IMG/VR virus record: IMGVR_UViG_3300034170_000057
Length of the DNA: 64,000 nucleotides
From: a virus
Taxonomy: Duplodnaviria; Caudoviricetes
Reading direction: 5' to 3' (one strand)
Shown: piece after piece, positions 36,497 to 46,071 of the stretch
How positions within the stretch are numbered: the stretch's first letter is position 1
Layout of the letters: every line of letters begins with the position of its first letter
Notes under the pieces: model-generated
Databases searched by the model: none
The model's input: only the letters and a program-made list of their open reading frames with translations
Told to the model about the DNA's origin: nothing
Position numbers and translations under genes: made by a program

Positions 36497-37635
36497 AATT
36501 GATCGAAGGTAACGAACTAGAATTCGAGTGTAACGGTAAGGAATTTGCCTCAACACTTTCCAACATTATCAACGTGACGATGTACATCAAAGCGGACGAT
36601 GCCAAGTTTATTTTGGCGACACAAAAAGGCAAAGGTATTTTCCTGATTGGTTCGTCCACTGATGCACTGGCCTGTGCAAAGATCGGTGGTACTGCCACCA
36701 AATCGGGCACTGTGAAAATCGACGCGCCAACCCTGATCGGCCTGTTGAAATCTCGTGGTGACTGCCTGTTCAAAACGGGCGGCGGTCAAATCGCTTTCAA
36801 GGAAAAGAAAGGCAACTTCAAAGCGACGATCAACGTTACGGAATTCGACGCTGACGATATCCAGATGTTGGAACACCAATTGGTCGGCAAGAAAACCGAT
36901 CCAATGCCAAAGGATGTTGTGACGAAGTTGCGCGATGCTGTGAAGCGTGTGCGTCTTCAGGATTTCTATGGATCGTCGGAACTCCCGATCATCTTTGAAA
37001 TCGGCACAAAAGTCATGCGCGTGTACTGCCACGACGAACACCACGTGGCACTGTTCAAAACGAAAGTGAAGAACAACGCCCCGCTGAAAACTGCACTGCC
37101 TGCCAAAGCGTTTTCCGTGATCGAAAAGTTCATCCAATCCGACAAGATTAGTTTCTCGGTGGACTCCGGTCGGTTCCGTGCAACTGGTGCTGATTTCACC
37201 GTGTCGATTCCCGAAGGCCAGTTGCTTTATGGCGAAGTCGGGCAGGCGGTGATTTACAACAAAGCACTAGATGAAATGAAAGTTATGAGCGCCATGACCT
37301 TCGACACGAAAGCTGTCGATGTGGTTTCGAACATGGCGGTTCTGACTGACGGCGAAACGAAAATGGCGCTCGCTCTGGAAGAGGGCCACGTGAAAATGAG
37401 CGTGCAGGGCAAAGGCGGTCGTGTATCCGATGAATTCGAAGCCAACGTAACCGGGAAGGCCATGGATATTCGTGTTGACCCACGGATTTTTATGGATCTT
37501 TTTAATAAAGTATCCGGTATCGAAATCGACATGAACTTCTACAAGGTGCCCGGTGCAATGTCGGCCTATCGCCTTGTGACAAAAGTCGATGGCGGCACCC
37601 TGACTCTGGTCGGCACATATGATGAAGCGAAGTAG
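36493..37635 (+). CDS. dnaN: sliding clamp, DNA polymerase III beta (DnaN)-like
   Basis: 380 aa with a three-domain beta-alpha rhythm, C-terminal IRVDPRIFMDLF like DnaN I.FN..YL.D; next to the polymerase, with a DnaX-like loader in the window. Confidence 0.7.
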   Translation: MKLIEGNELEFECNGKEFASTLSNIINVTMYIKADDAKFILATQKGKGIFLIGSSTDALACAKIGGTATKSGTVKIDAPTLIGLLKSRGDCLFKTGGGQIAFKEKKGNFKATINVTEFDADDIQMLEHQLVGKKTDPMPKDVVTKLRDAVKRVRLQDFYGSSELPIIFEIGTKVMRVYCHDEHHVALFKTKVKNNAPLKTALPAKAFSVIEKFIQSDKISFSVDSGRFRATGADFTVSIPEGQLLYGEVGQAVIYNKALDEMKVMSAMTFDTKAVDVVSNMAVLTDGETKMALALEEGHVKMSVQGKGGRVSDEFEANVTGKAMDIRVDPRIFMDLFNKVSGIEIDMNFYKVPGAMSAYRLVTKVDGGTLTLVGTYDEAK

Positions 37636-38065
37636 CATTAGCCCGATATTTAGTCTGGCTGACACGTTCACCCACACCGTGCAGCAGATTGAAACTTTCG
37701 AAGATTTTGGATCGGCCCATGACGGCCACCATATCGGGCTGTTCTTCCGGAAACTAGTTGATCAACCAATGATGATCGACTATGAAAATCCTGAGCCGCT
37801 GAATCGCTTTTGCAAGATGTACAATTTCGTGAATAAGCGCCGTTCTGTCTACGGGCATTTGTTTGTAATCTCGGATGTTTCCAAGGTGGAACTGGCGCCT
37901 CACAAGATGGTGATTTCCTGTAACAAAAAGGAACGCTACGATTCGTCGCAGCACCCGATCACGACCTACCGACAAAAACTGTTAATATTCAAGAGCAGCA
38001 CAGGTTCCGTGCTGGCCCTGAGTGGCAACGCAGTATCTCCTTACCTTGTGACTGAGGCTGTTTAA
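37619..38065 (+). CDS. hypothetical protein, 148 aa
   Basis: ORF track. Confidence 0.55.
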   Translation: MMKRSSISPIFSLADTFTHTVQQIETFEDFGSAHDGHHIGLFFRKLVDQPMMIDYENPEPLNRFCKMYNFVNKRRSVYGHLFVISDVSKVELAPHKMVISCNKKERYDSSQHPITTYRQKLLIFKSSTGSVLALSGNAVSPYLVTEAV

Positions 38066-38449
38066 ATGCGCTACTTCGAAGAAACCGAACACGGCGAATT
38101 GCTGTGTGCGATGATCTACACGTTTGCCAAGGTCTGCGGGGTTTTGCATTACCCGCATTGGGAACAGCAAGCCACGGCTGACCGCCTGCGCTATTCCGAG
38201 GCGTTGCAGGAATTGGGGGAAATGATTCACGACCACCAATCGCAATTCAAAGAAGACGAACAGATGGCACCGTTCGACGCGAGTATCTGGTATCGCGCCA
38301 ACTGGCGGATCTTTCCATGGTGCGATCCCGAGTATTCCAACCTGACCGAAATCAATCAAGAATTCGTGTTGAGTACAGCGGAATTCAGTATCGCAATGGC
38401 TGGGCATTACGGCACCCAACTTGAGCCGGAAGAGGACGTAAATGAGTAG
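38066..38449 (+). CDS. hypothetical protein, 127 aa
   Basis: TAAATG stop-start junction; GAGG upstream. Confidence 0.65.
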   Translation: MRYFEETEHGELLCAMIYTFAKVCGVLHYPHWEQQATADRLRYSEALQELGEMIHDHQSQFKEDEQMAPFDASIWYRANWRIFPWCDPEYSNLTEINQEFVLSTAEFSIAMAGHYGTQLEPEEDVNE

Positions 38450-38987
38450 TCGTGAAGAATGGAAGGCGATCCGGCGCATACTGAAAAAGAACCCGCGCTA
38501 TCAGCAGTTCCTCGAAAACTTTCGGGGCAACCCGGCATACAATATTGATTTCGAGGAATTCCACCAAGAATTACAACGCCTTCACACCACACGACTAACC
38601 CGTGAATTGAAGCGTAAGAAATCCCGCTCGTTCCCGGAAAAAGCCTTGGACGCAATGCTGCAAGATCAATCGACGCGCAGCCGCTGTGCTGAAATCCTCG
38701 GCCAATGTACCAAGATCAGCAGCGCCATGGACCGCAACCTATCCAAGCTGCGCGATTACCTGTGTTCTGAATATTCGGATTCGCTGAAACGAGTCGGTAC
38801 ACAGGTCGAACGGAAATCTTTTGTGGAAGCGCTCATGCGTGACTTCTACGATTTCTTTGACGAAGTAAAAACGCTGGAGAAATCCGCCAGCATTGTTATC
38901 GAAGATATCGACAAAGCGAACTACATGTTCAAGAACCTTGTCGAAATCATTAAAGTCCTCTCACGACCTGAGCAAGTAATCCTATGA
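38442..38987 (+). CDS. all-helical protein, possibly a UvsY-like recombination mediator
   Basis: Coiled-coil character, size and position near a UvsW-like helicase; inference only. Confidence 0.4.
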   Translation: MSSREEWKAIRRILKKNPRYQQFLENFRGNPAYNIDFEEFHQELQRLHTTRLTRELKRKKSRSFPEKALDAMLQDQSTRSRCAEILGQCTKISSAMDRNLSKLRDYLCSEYSDSLKRVGTQVERKSFVEALMRDFYDFFDEVKTLEKSASIVIEDIDKANYMFKNLVEIIKVLSRPEQVIL

Positions 38988-39298
38988 AAACGGCATTCGT
39001 GTACGCAGAAAAAGAAGTGTCCAACGACGAACTATTCGAGCGCTTCAAGGGCACTCGCATTACTCGGTGCAACAGTATCATTATGCTGGACACCGAAGGT
39101 TCGACCGATGACCTTCAACAATTTCACGACGAAATTGAAGAGTACACGAATGCATCGCATGAGCCTGTGCTGGTCGCGGTTTATACCGAAGACCTCGGCA
39201 TGCTTCGCGGTATTGTTTTCGCTCTGCTGGAACGCGGGCTGTCTGTGGTTTTTGAACTGGACGATTATCAACGGAAAATGATTGGTGAATCCAAATGA
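38984..39298 (+). CDS. hypothetical protein, 104 aa
   Basis: ATGA overlap. Confidence 0.6.
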   Translation: MKTAFVYAEKEVSNDELFERFKGTRITRCNSIIMLDTEGSTDDLQQFHDEIEEYTNASHEPVLVAVYTEDLGMLRGIVFALLERGLSVVFELDDYQRKMIGESK

Positions 39299-39618
39299 CC
39301 GAAGTGTCTACCGCTACACCGAAAAATATTCTGGTTGTCGTGCATGACCACATGACTGCGCCGGAAAATCTGCGCACGATGTTCAGCAATTGCCGCAACC
39401 GTTTCAACGAAGTGTTCCAGTCCCAACTGGATGACGTGAACGATTTGTGGCCGCTCATGCACAATACAGCGGACGCACATCCGGGTTCGTTCATCGTATT
39501 CGAATTGCAGCTGGCAAATCCCGATGTGATCCGCGCCGCACAACGCTACGTGTTTACCGAACTGCCCAGCATTACGCTAGCGCATAGTCCGCTATTGGGG
39601 CCGCTCTTAAACGACTGA
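39295..39618 (+). CDS. hypothetical protein, 107 aa
   Basis: ATGA overlap. Confidence 0.6.
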   Translation: MTEVSTATPKNILVVVHDHMTAPENLRTMFSNCRNRFNEVFQSQLDDVNDLWPLMHNTADAHPGSFIVFELQLANPDVIRAAQRYVFTELPSITLAHSPLLGPLLND

Positions 39619-39646
39619 TACATACACCTTTATCCGAAGTGAGTGC

Positions 39647-41326
39647 ATGGGAAAAATAATCGTATCGGATAAGATGTACATTCCGAAATTCGACCTCAAG
39701 GAAAGGCTAGTCACGAAGGAATATTCACATGACTTCTTTTCTGATATGGGTTGTCGAAGTTGCGAGCTACGGCCAGAGCGTCCGGTAGCAGCCTGTAAGG
39801 GTTGTGAGAACTTTAACGGTTCATACCGGCTGGCCCGCGCTGCTGTAATCGGGAATAAAGAGTACATCGGCCTACCACTAGGCGACCGGCAAAACATCGA
39901 AGAAAAAATGCGCATTGATTTCGACGACTACAAAATCGTCGATAAGCGCACACGTGCCCCCTTCGATTACAAAGTCAAAATCGACTTAGGCGAAGACCGC
40001 GATTGGTTTAGCTATCAGCTCAAAACCGTTAAGCGAATGAAAGAGGCCAAGTACGGCCTTTTCGTGCTTCCGCCCCGTTCCGGTAAATCGCTTACTGCAT
40101 TAAAACTGGCAATCGAACTAGGACATAAAGTTCTGTTGATGGCCGACCAATACGACTTCCTGAATCAATTCATCGGGGATATCGAAGAGTCCACCAACCT
40201 GCCAAGATTGCAGGAACGGACGGGCAAAAAGCTGTACGGATTTATCAAGTGCGTCGAAGACCTCGAAGACATTCAAATCGGGATCATCACCTACCAAAGT
40301 TTCCTGAGCAAGAATGGTAAAAAGCTGCTGAAAGCGTGCAACAAAACTTTCGGCACCGTGGTAGTGGACGAAGTGCAGGCAACGGGCGCGCCCGAGTTTG
40401 CGAACGTCATGAACAATCTGAAAATGCGTTACCGCTTCGGCTGTACCGGTACTGAGAAACGCAAGGACGGCAAAGACAAAATCACCACGTTGGTAATCGG
40501 TGAAGTTAAGTCCAAGATCCTGCGTGCGCAGCTGGTTGCAAAAATGCTGGCGGTTGATACCGGCATGAAATCGAAAGGTGTGTTCAAAGGCAAACCGGGT
40601 TTTGTGAAGCTGGGCAAATCGCTGGCGAATCACAAGAAGCGAAACGAATTCATTATCCAGTGGATTCTGAAAGACCTTGAGGCCGGACACAGCATCGTAA
40701 TTCCCTGCCATTTCAAACAACACATTTTCGATATCGTGAAGCGCGTTAATACGCTGGTCGGTTACGAAGTGGCGGCTGCCTTTGTTGGTGGCGGTGGCAA
40801 GAAAAACAAGTTGGAACGTGACCACATTAAAAAGATGGCGAACGAACGGAAAATTCGTGTTGTTGTCGGTATCCGTCGCCTGTTGCAGCGCGGTATCAAC
40901 ATCAAGCCATGGTCATGCCTGTACTACATCATGCCGATGAACAACGAACCAAACTGGAAACAGGAAAGTTCGCGTATTTTGACGCCTGATCCTGACAAGC
41001 GACAACCCATAATTCGTTTCTTCGTGGACACGGGCGCGCAAGCCTCATTGAAGTATTGTGCGAACACGTGGAAACAGGCATTGGAATTTAAACACCAGCC
41101 GACCGAAGTTGCTGAAGAGCGTATGAAATTGTGGTTACGAAATGTGAAGCGTGATATTGGGGAAGACTACGAACCTGACGAACAGGTCGAAGTTTCCAAG
41201 GTCGCGCACAATGACGGCGCAAGTATGTTCGGTGGTATGTTCGCCAAGTTGGGCGCGGGCATTCGCAAACAGAAGAACGAAAACAAGGCTGAGAGAAAAT
41301 CGAAATGGGCGAAGAAAAACAAGTAG
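39647..41326 (+). CDS. UvsW/XPB-like SF2 DNA helicase with an N-terminal Cys4 motif
   Basis: YQ Q-motif, Walker A PPRSGKS, DEVQ, GCTGTEKRKDG, RGINIK..., QESSRILTP; CRSC...CKGC zinc site. Confidence 0.8.
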   Translation: MGKIIVSDKMYIPKFDLKERLVTKEYSHDFFSDMGCRSCELRPERPVAACKGCENFNGSYRLARAAVIGNKEYIGLPLGDRQNIEEKMRIDFDDYKIVDKRTRAPFDYKVKIDLGEDRDWFSYQLKTVKRMKEAKYGLFVLPPRSGKSLTALKLAIELGHKVLLMADQYDFLNQFIGDIEESTNLPRLQERTGKKLYGFIKCVEDLEDIQIGIITYQSFLSKNGKKLLKACNKTFGTVVVDEVQATGAPEFANVMNNLKMRYRFGCTGTEKRKDGKDKITTLVIGEVKSKILRAQLVAKMLAVDTGMKSKGVFKGKPGFVKLGKSLANHKKRNEFIIQWILKDLEAGHSIVIPCHFKQHIFDIVKRVNTLVGYEVAAAFVGGGGKKNKLERDHIKKMANERKIRVVVGIRRLLQRGINIKPWSCLYYIMPMNNEPNWKQESSRILTPDPDKRQPIIRFFVDTGAQASLKYCANTWKQALEFKHQPTEVAEERMKLWLRNVKRDIGEDYEPDEQVEVSKVAHNDGASMFGGMFAKLGAGIRKQKNENKAERKSKWAKKNK

Positions 41327-41547
41327 TTCTGACCGACCGTCAAATCGCAGAAATGTCGAAAGAGCAGCAGAAAGAATTGCTGATGACTAACCTGCGCCAG
41401 CTTATGCTCACTGATCGGAAAGCAGGGGAGAAATTCCTCAAGATGTTGAACCCGGATCTTGAACCGGTCAACACCAACGAACTGTTTCAGCGCGGACGTA
41501 AGCTCAATCGTGCGGAACGTCGGGCACAGAAACACCGAGGTAAATAA
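41305..41547 (+). CDS. hypothetical protein, 80 aa
   Basis: ORF track. Confidence 0.55.
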   Translation: MGEEKQVVLTDRQIAEMSKEQQKELLMTNLRQLMLTDRKAGEKFLKMLNPDLEPVNTNELFQRGRKLNRAERRAQKHRGK

Positions 41548-41549
41548 TC

Positions 41550-41882
41550 ATGTTTTCACGTGCGCAACGATTGCGTTTCTACAAGTGGCTCAAAGGTTGG
41601 GCCGCTAGAAAAGAACGTAAAGCGGATATGGAACGCCGCTTTAGCACCCTGTGCTGTCCGCACTGCAACACGTGGGATTCCAATATGCCTAACCGTCGCT
41701 GGGAAGGCATGAATCCAAATACACCAACGCCGCAACACGACCAGTTTAAATGCGGGCAGTGTGGGCAATGGACAACTTGGCTGGATACCGGGATGGGCAG
41801 AGCCCTCGACGATCCGGCATTCCCTGATAACCGACCGCAATGGGTCGAAGTGAAACCGAAAAATGAAGGATCTGATACGTAA
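41550..41882 (+). CDS. zinc-ribbon protein
   Basis: CPHCNTW...FKCGQCGQWTTW. Confidence 0.65.
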   Translation: MFSRAQRLRFYKWLKGWAARKERKADMERRFSTLCCPHCNTWDSNMPNRRWEGMNPNTPTPQHDQFKCGQCGQWTTWLDTGMGRALDDPAFPDNRPQWVEVKPKNEGSDT

Positions 41883-42147
41883 ACTTTTTGGTATCCGCAA
41901 TTACGAAGAGGACTTCGACGCGGGTGTTAAATATGTAAAATCTGAATTGCGCAAATACGGCAAAAACAATCTGATGGAAAATAGTCGGTTGTGGGCTGAG
42001 TGTGATTCGAGTGGTTTTGACCCTACGGGCTATGACGCGGGTATGCGACAGGCTCTGAAAACTTACGATATTCCACACCCTTTTGATCAGGTGAATTATG
42101 GAACACGAATCGCCGCTACCGATGCTGACTGTGGTTGTAAACGGTAA
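41863..42147 (+). CDS. hypothetical protein, ~94 aa
   Basis: ORF track; F..G......F..G-type pattern. Confidence 0.55.
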   Translation: MKDLIRKLFGIRNYEEDFDAGVKYVKSELRKYGKNNLMENSRLWAECDSSGFDPTGYDAGMRQALKTYDIPHPFDQVNYGTRIAATDADCGCKR

Positions 42148-42439
42148 GTCCGAACAGCGGCCCCTTGAATGCATCCAGACAATGAGGGACGGGCGAACTC
42201 GCACGGTTCCTCGGCTACGGGTTGGTGAAGAGGCGCATTACACCGTGGATGGTGGGATTGTGATTACGACGTACCCGATTCCACCTTCTGATTACGTGAC
42301 CGAAATTCGTTTCGAACCGGGTAGCGGCGAGTACCCTAAATACATCGTCACTTATGCGGACGGTCACGAACGGGAAGTATCAAAAGAATATGCAGAATCC
42401 CTGCACAAAGAAATGGAGGAACGTCATGCAAAGTTTTAA
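42098..42439 (+). CDS. hypothetical protein (start may be 42122)
   Basis: ORF track. Confidence 0.55.
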   Translation: MEHESPLPMLTVVVNGKSEQRPLECIQTMRDGRTRTVPRLRVGEEAHYTVDGGIVITTYPIPPSDYVTEIRFEPGSGEYPKYIVTYADGHEREVSKEYAESLHKEMEERHAKF

Positions 42440-42580
42440 TCGCGGGTGCAGTATTCCACCGAACGGCTGGCCGCAACGCCAGCTGGAAGAAATGGAAATT
42501 TACCTTGCTCGGATGGCAATCGAGGGCAGTGCCCTTGCCGTTTCTGCGCACGTTCCTACAGGCCTTACAGCGGCTCGAAA

Positions 42581-42591
42581 TACTGTAAATA
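42581..42591 (+). promoter_or_regulatory. motif A TACTGTAAATA upstream of the DnaC-like gene
   Basis: Exact copy; ends 36 nt before the ATG. Confidence 0.55.
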
Positions 42592-42627
42592 AACCATATC
42601 CATCCACTTACACTACGGGGCACTCTG

Positions 42628-43503
42628 ATGGCAAGGGAACTCAAGCCAGCCAAGAAGCGCACACTGTCCTCGGAACTGAAAATGTCCAAGGAGGACAAAC
42701 CGCTCAAGAAACTTAAATTCGAGCGGGAGGAAGAAGAGGCCAGTAAAGAACGGGAAGAAAAAACCAGTTCTATCCAACCGCGCCGCCGTGCCGTAGTGGA
42801 GAAAGTAAACAGCATAAGAAAGCCGAAGGGAAAGGTTAGCGCACCATCGCGCATGCCTGCACCATCCCTGAAATTCCGTTTTGATTCGGATCGCGTGAAA
42901 CTGCTGAAGTCGCAAGGTGTGGACGGTACTGCATTGCAAGTAATGCGTAGCCCGTTTCTGCTGGATGACGCGCTTGTCTCCATTACTCCGATGGTGCCGA
43001 AATGGTTGCCCGAGGATTACCAGATTGCAAAAACCAGTGTGAAGCGACAGATTGAAACCTGTTATCGCATGCTGACAAATCCGTTGCATGGTTCGCCAAT
43101 TATTGGCATTGGTTCCATGGCAACAGACGAACGTGCAAAGTTTATGGCAATGAGCATTATGGATGCAGCCATTGATCAGCAGCGTTCGGGTTCACACAAA
43201 GGTAAACTGCTTCCGGTGTGGCACCGGGTATTTGGCGGATACCAAGACGAATTGCGTGATGAAAAACAACGTCGAAACATTTCGATGGTTATCATTGCAA
43301 ATGTGGGACCAGACTCGACGCCGCATAAGCTGGAAAAGGTGCGGGACTTGCTGGAGAAGTACGACAATATTCCGCGAATCGTTGTAGTGAACGGGTGCGA
43401 CCCGGTTACTTTCTTTGCGGAGAAAATGCGAATGCCGATGCAGTTTGCTTTGATGCTCAATAGCAAGCGCAGTGATAAAGCCGACTTGATGGACATTTTA
43501 TGA
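42628..43503 (+). CDS. degenerate DnaC/IstB-like P-loop protein with a basic N-terminus
   Basis: MVIIANVGPDSTPHKLEKVRDLLEKYDNIPRIVVVNG parallels DnaC LLIIDDLG.E..T....E.L..LL......PTIVTTN, but both Walker motifs are altered. Confidence 0.45.
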   Translation: MARELKPAKKRTLSSELKMSKEDKPLKKLKFEREEEEASKEREEKTSSIQPRRRAVVEKVNSIRKPKGKVSAPSRMPAPSLKFRFDSDRVKLLKSQGVDGTALQVMRSPFLLDDALVSITPMVPKWLPEDYQIAKTSVKRQIETCYRMLTNPLHGSPIIGIGSMATDERAKFMAMSIMDAAIDQQRSGSHKGKLLPVWHRVFGGYQDELRDEKQRRNISMVIIANVGPDSTPHKLEKVRDLLEKYDNIPRIVVVNGCDPVTFFAEKMRMPMQFALMLNSKRSDKADLMDIL

Positions 43504-44282
43504 TCTCACTCGATAAGTTCGAAGAAATCAAAACCGACGAAGCCAACCTACACCGATTCATTGCAATGCTGGAACACGGCTACAGCTGGCTTAGCGCCAA
43601 GTGTATGCACGCGCTCGGCGGCGTAGGTGATGGTATCTACGAAGACGAAGAAAACGAAAGCGATTTCCCGGAAGAAACCGAAGCTGATAAGAATTTGGCG
43701 CCGGACGATATGCGCCGGACAATCATTAAAGCCAAGATCGAAGCACTCGATGATTTCGATCCGCATAAATTCGAAGACCCGGATTATTTCGACGAACCAA
43801 TCGAGTTTGATGAATTCAATCCAGATGAACCGGCCCCATTCAAAGAGCCGGCCGACGAAGCCCCTGCAATTGCGGATCTATACCGGAAGATCAAACAGCT
43901 TTCGCATCCGGACAAGATCATGCGTTTCAGCGCCGCCGACAAAGTGTTAATCGTTGAGATATTCCACGAATCAACCGAATTCATGGAAGACGACAATCTG
44001 GAAGCATTGGTATTCTGTTATGCCAAGCTACTGATCATTCGTCACGAACCACACCGCATTCCGGATTACGTTGAGGAATTCATTCGCAAACGTCATACGC
44101 AAATCTTGCGGCATATGGCGTTCCTTATGGAAAAGCCTTTTACCGAGGCAATTCTCGCATGGCGCGATGGCAATGAAGCGTGGGCAATTGTCCTGTTTAA
44201 ACGTTACCTGAAAGAAGAAGCACGCAATGATGAATTGAATCGCCAGCATGCACAATCCGATGAAGAGTATTTCAAGGATTAA
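43500..44282 (+). CDS. J-domain (DnaJ-like) protein
   Basis: IADLYRKIKQLSHPDK (helix II + HPD loop) followed by a helix-III-like IFHESTE; acidic linker upstream. Confidence 0.7.
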   Translation: MISLDKFEEIKTDEANLHRFIAMLEHGYSWLSAKCMHALGGVGDGIYEDEENESDFPEETEADKNLAPDDMRRTIIKAKIEALDDFDPHKFEDPDYFDEPIEFDEFNPDEPAPFKEPADEAPAIADLYRKIKQLSHPDKIMRFSAADKVLIVEIFHESTEFMEDDNLEALVFCYAKLLIIRHEPHRIPDYVEEFIRKRHTQILRHMAFLMEKPFTEAILAWRDGNEAWAIVLFKRYLKEEARNDELNRQHAQSDEEYFKD

Positions 44283-44304
44283 TCATTACAAATGCAATAC
44301 AATG

Positions 44305-44329
44305 AGGGGGCCTATATGGCCCCTTTTTT
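44305..44329 (+). terminator. intrinsic terminator ending the replication block
   Basis: AGGGGGCC-TATAT-GGCCCCTTTTTT. Confidence 0.8.
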
Positions 44330-44351
44330 GTTGCCTGAAATCCCCTTTGCG

Positions 44352-44359
44352 TAATTTAA
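44352..44359 (+). promoter_or_regulatory. motif B TAATTTAA
   Basis: Between a terminator and the tail sheath gene. Confidence 0.6.
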
Positions 44360-44425
44360 ATACAGGAAATGCGTTTATTCGCGATTCTTATTTCCCGTAT
44401 TCCAACCATATAAGGGGTTTCATCC

Positions 44426-46066
44426 ATGGCTTTTACTAACTCCAGTGCTGGGGTTTATGATCAGGATCGCGATGTAAGCGGACGCGGTTCACCGGTCATT
44501 AGTTCTATCGCAGCAGCTGTAATCGAGGCCGGTCGCGGCTCCACGTCGGAATGGATTTACGTTACCGACAAACAAGATTTGCAGGAAAAGTTCGGTGTTA
44601 AGGACTATTCCAAATACGGTTACGGCATGCATTGTGCTGAACACGTTTTGGCACAAACTGCAATGTGGCTCAAACGCGCAACAAACGCGGCCACCGCCCG
44701 TACCGCTGGCGCTTATTTGAGCGTTGACGATACCGCTGCATCGGAACCAGTTTTGAAGCTGGTGAATTTCGACGACGGTTCGAATAAACCCCAAGGCGTA
44801 TTGGGCAATCCGCTCGACGTACTGGGTTTCAACGTGAGTGATGCGGGCGTTAAAAACGTATTGCTTTACGTTTGTGCAAATTCGCCGGGTGAATGGGCAA
44901 CCACAATTACCGTTCGCGTGCGTCCGGGCAATCCAGAAGGCACCGAGGTTGGCGAGTACACCGACGCTACCCATTTCTATCTGGAAGTTTTCCTGAATTA
45001 TCAGGGCAGCTCCAGCCTTCCGGTTGAATCCTATCTGTGTTCGCGTAAATACGAACTGGATGGCGAAGGCAATCAGATGTTTGTCGAGTCGCGTGTAAAC
45101 TCGTTCTCGCAATACATCAAAGTGAAAAACAACACGCTTTGCCCAGCTGTTGAAATTCACACCACCACGTTCGAAAAACTCGATGGTGGTAACGATGGCG
45201 TTCGCGCTACCGAAGCCGAAGTTATTAACGCGTGGGACGGTATCGACGACACCGATCAATACGCGGTTCAAATGCTGGTTGGTTGCGGCCAAGAAAGCCC
45301 GGTTGTTCATCGTCGTCAGGATACCGTGGCTCAAACCCGTGGTGATGCGATTTCGATCATCGACCTGCCGTATGCATTCGAGGAAGTTTCGCGTGCAGTG
45401 AATTACCGTCGCAATACGCTGAACCTGAGTTCCAGCTATTCGGCAATGTACGGCCCGCGTGGTCAAATCACCGACGACATTTCGGGCAAGAAGTTTTTCT
45501 GCCCTATTTCCGGTTTGGTTGCCGCGCAATACGCGTTTACCGACCGCGTTCGTGCCTACTACTGGGCACCGGCTGGTTTGAATCGTGGTCAGGTAAAAGT
45601 CACGGATCTTTCCAAGAAATACTCGTTGCGTGAGCGTAACGCTTTGCAACAGGCGCAAATCAACTACGTGCGTCGGATTCCGGGCCGTGGTTTCGTGATC
45701 ATGGAACAGCTGACTTTGCAGAATTTCGCGTCTGGTTTCCAGAACGTGAACGTGCGTCGTCTGGTTAACGGTATCAAGGCAATGATCCGCAAAGCCTTCT
45801 TGCCGTCGGTATTTAACCCGGCTGACGATTACGAACGCAAACAGCTGAAAAACATCGTTGACGCCGAAGCAGCCTCGGTTAAACGCGGTCGTGGTTTGTA
45901 CGAATGGGAAACCGTTTGCGACAGCCGGAACAACAAACCGGCAGATATTGCGAATAACGATATCAACCTCGATTTCGTAATCGACCCAAGCATTCCGGCC
46001 AGCCGTGCTTCCCTGACCGCCGATATCCGTAACGCCGGTTCCTCTATCAACTTCCAAGAGAATTAA
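44426..46066 (+). CDS. contractile tail sheath protein
   Basis: N-terminal AGVYDQDRD, WAPAGLNRG, LQQAQINYV, QLTLQ...NVNVRRL, VCDSRNN..DI.NN.....F.I.P: gp18-like pattern. Confidence 0.9.
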   Translation: MAFTNSSAGVYDQDRDVSGRGSPVISSIAAAVIEAGRGSTSEWIYVTDKQDLQEKFGVKDYSKYGYGMHCAEHVLAQTAMWLKRATNAATARTAGAYLSVDDTAASEPVLKLVNFDDGSNKPQGVLGNPLDVLGFNVSDAGVKNVLLYVCANSPGEWATTITVRVRPGNPEGTEVGEYTDATHFYLEVFLNYQGSSSLPVESYLCSRKYELDGEGNQMFVESRVNSFSQYIKVKNNTLCPAVEIHTTTFEKLDGGNDGVRATEAEVINAWDGIDDTDQYAVQMLVGCGQESPVVHRRQDTVAQTRGDAISIIDLPYAFEEVSRAVNYRRNTLNLSSSYSAMYGPRGQITDDISGKKFFCPISGLVAAQYAFTDRVRAYYWAPAGLNRGQVKVTDLSKKYSLRERNALQQAQINYVRRIPGRGFVIMEQLTLQNFASGFQNVNVRRLVNGIKAMIRKAFLPSVFNPADDYERKQLKNIVDAEAASVKRGRGLYEWETVCDSRNNKPADIANNDINLDFVIDPSIPASRASLTADIRNAGSSINFQEN

Positions 46067-46071
46067 TTCCA

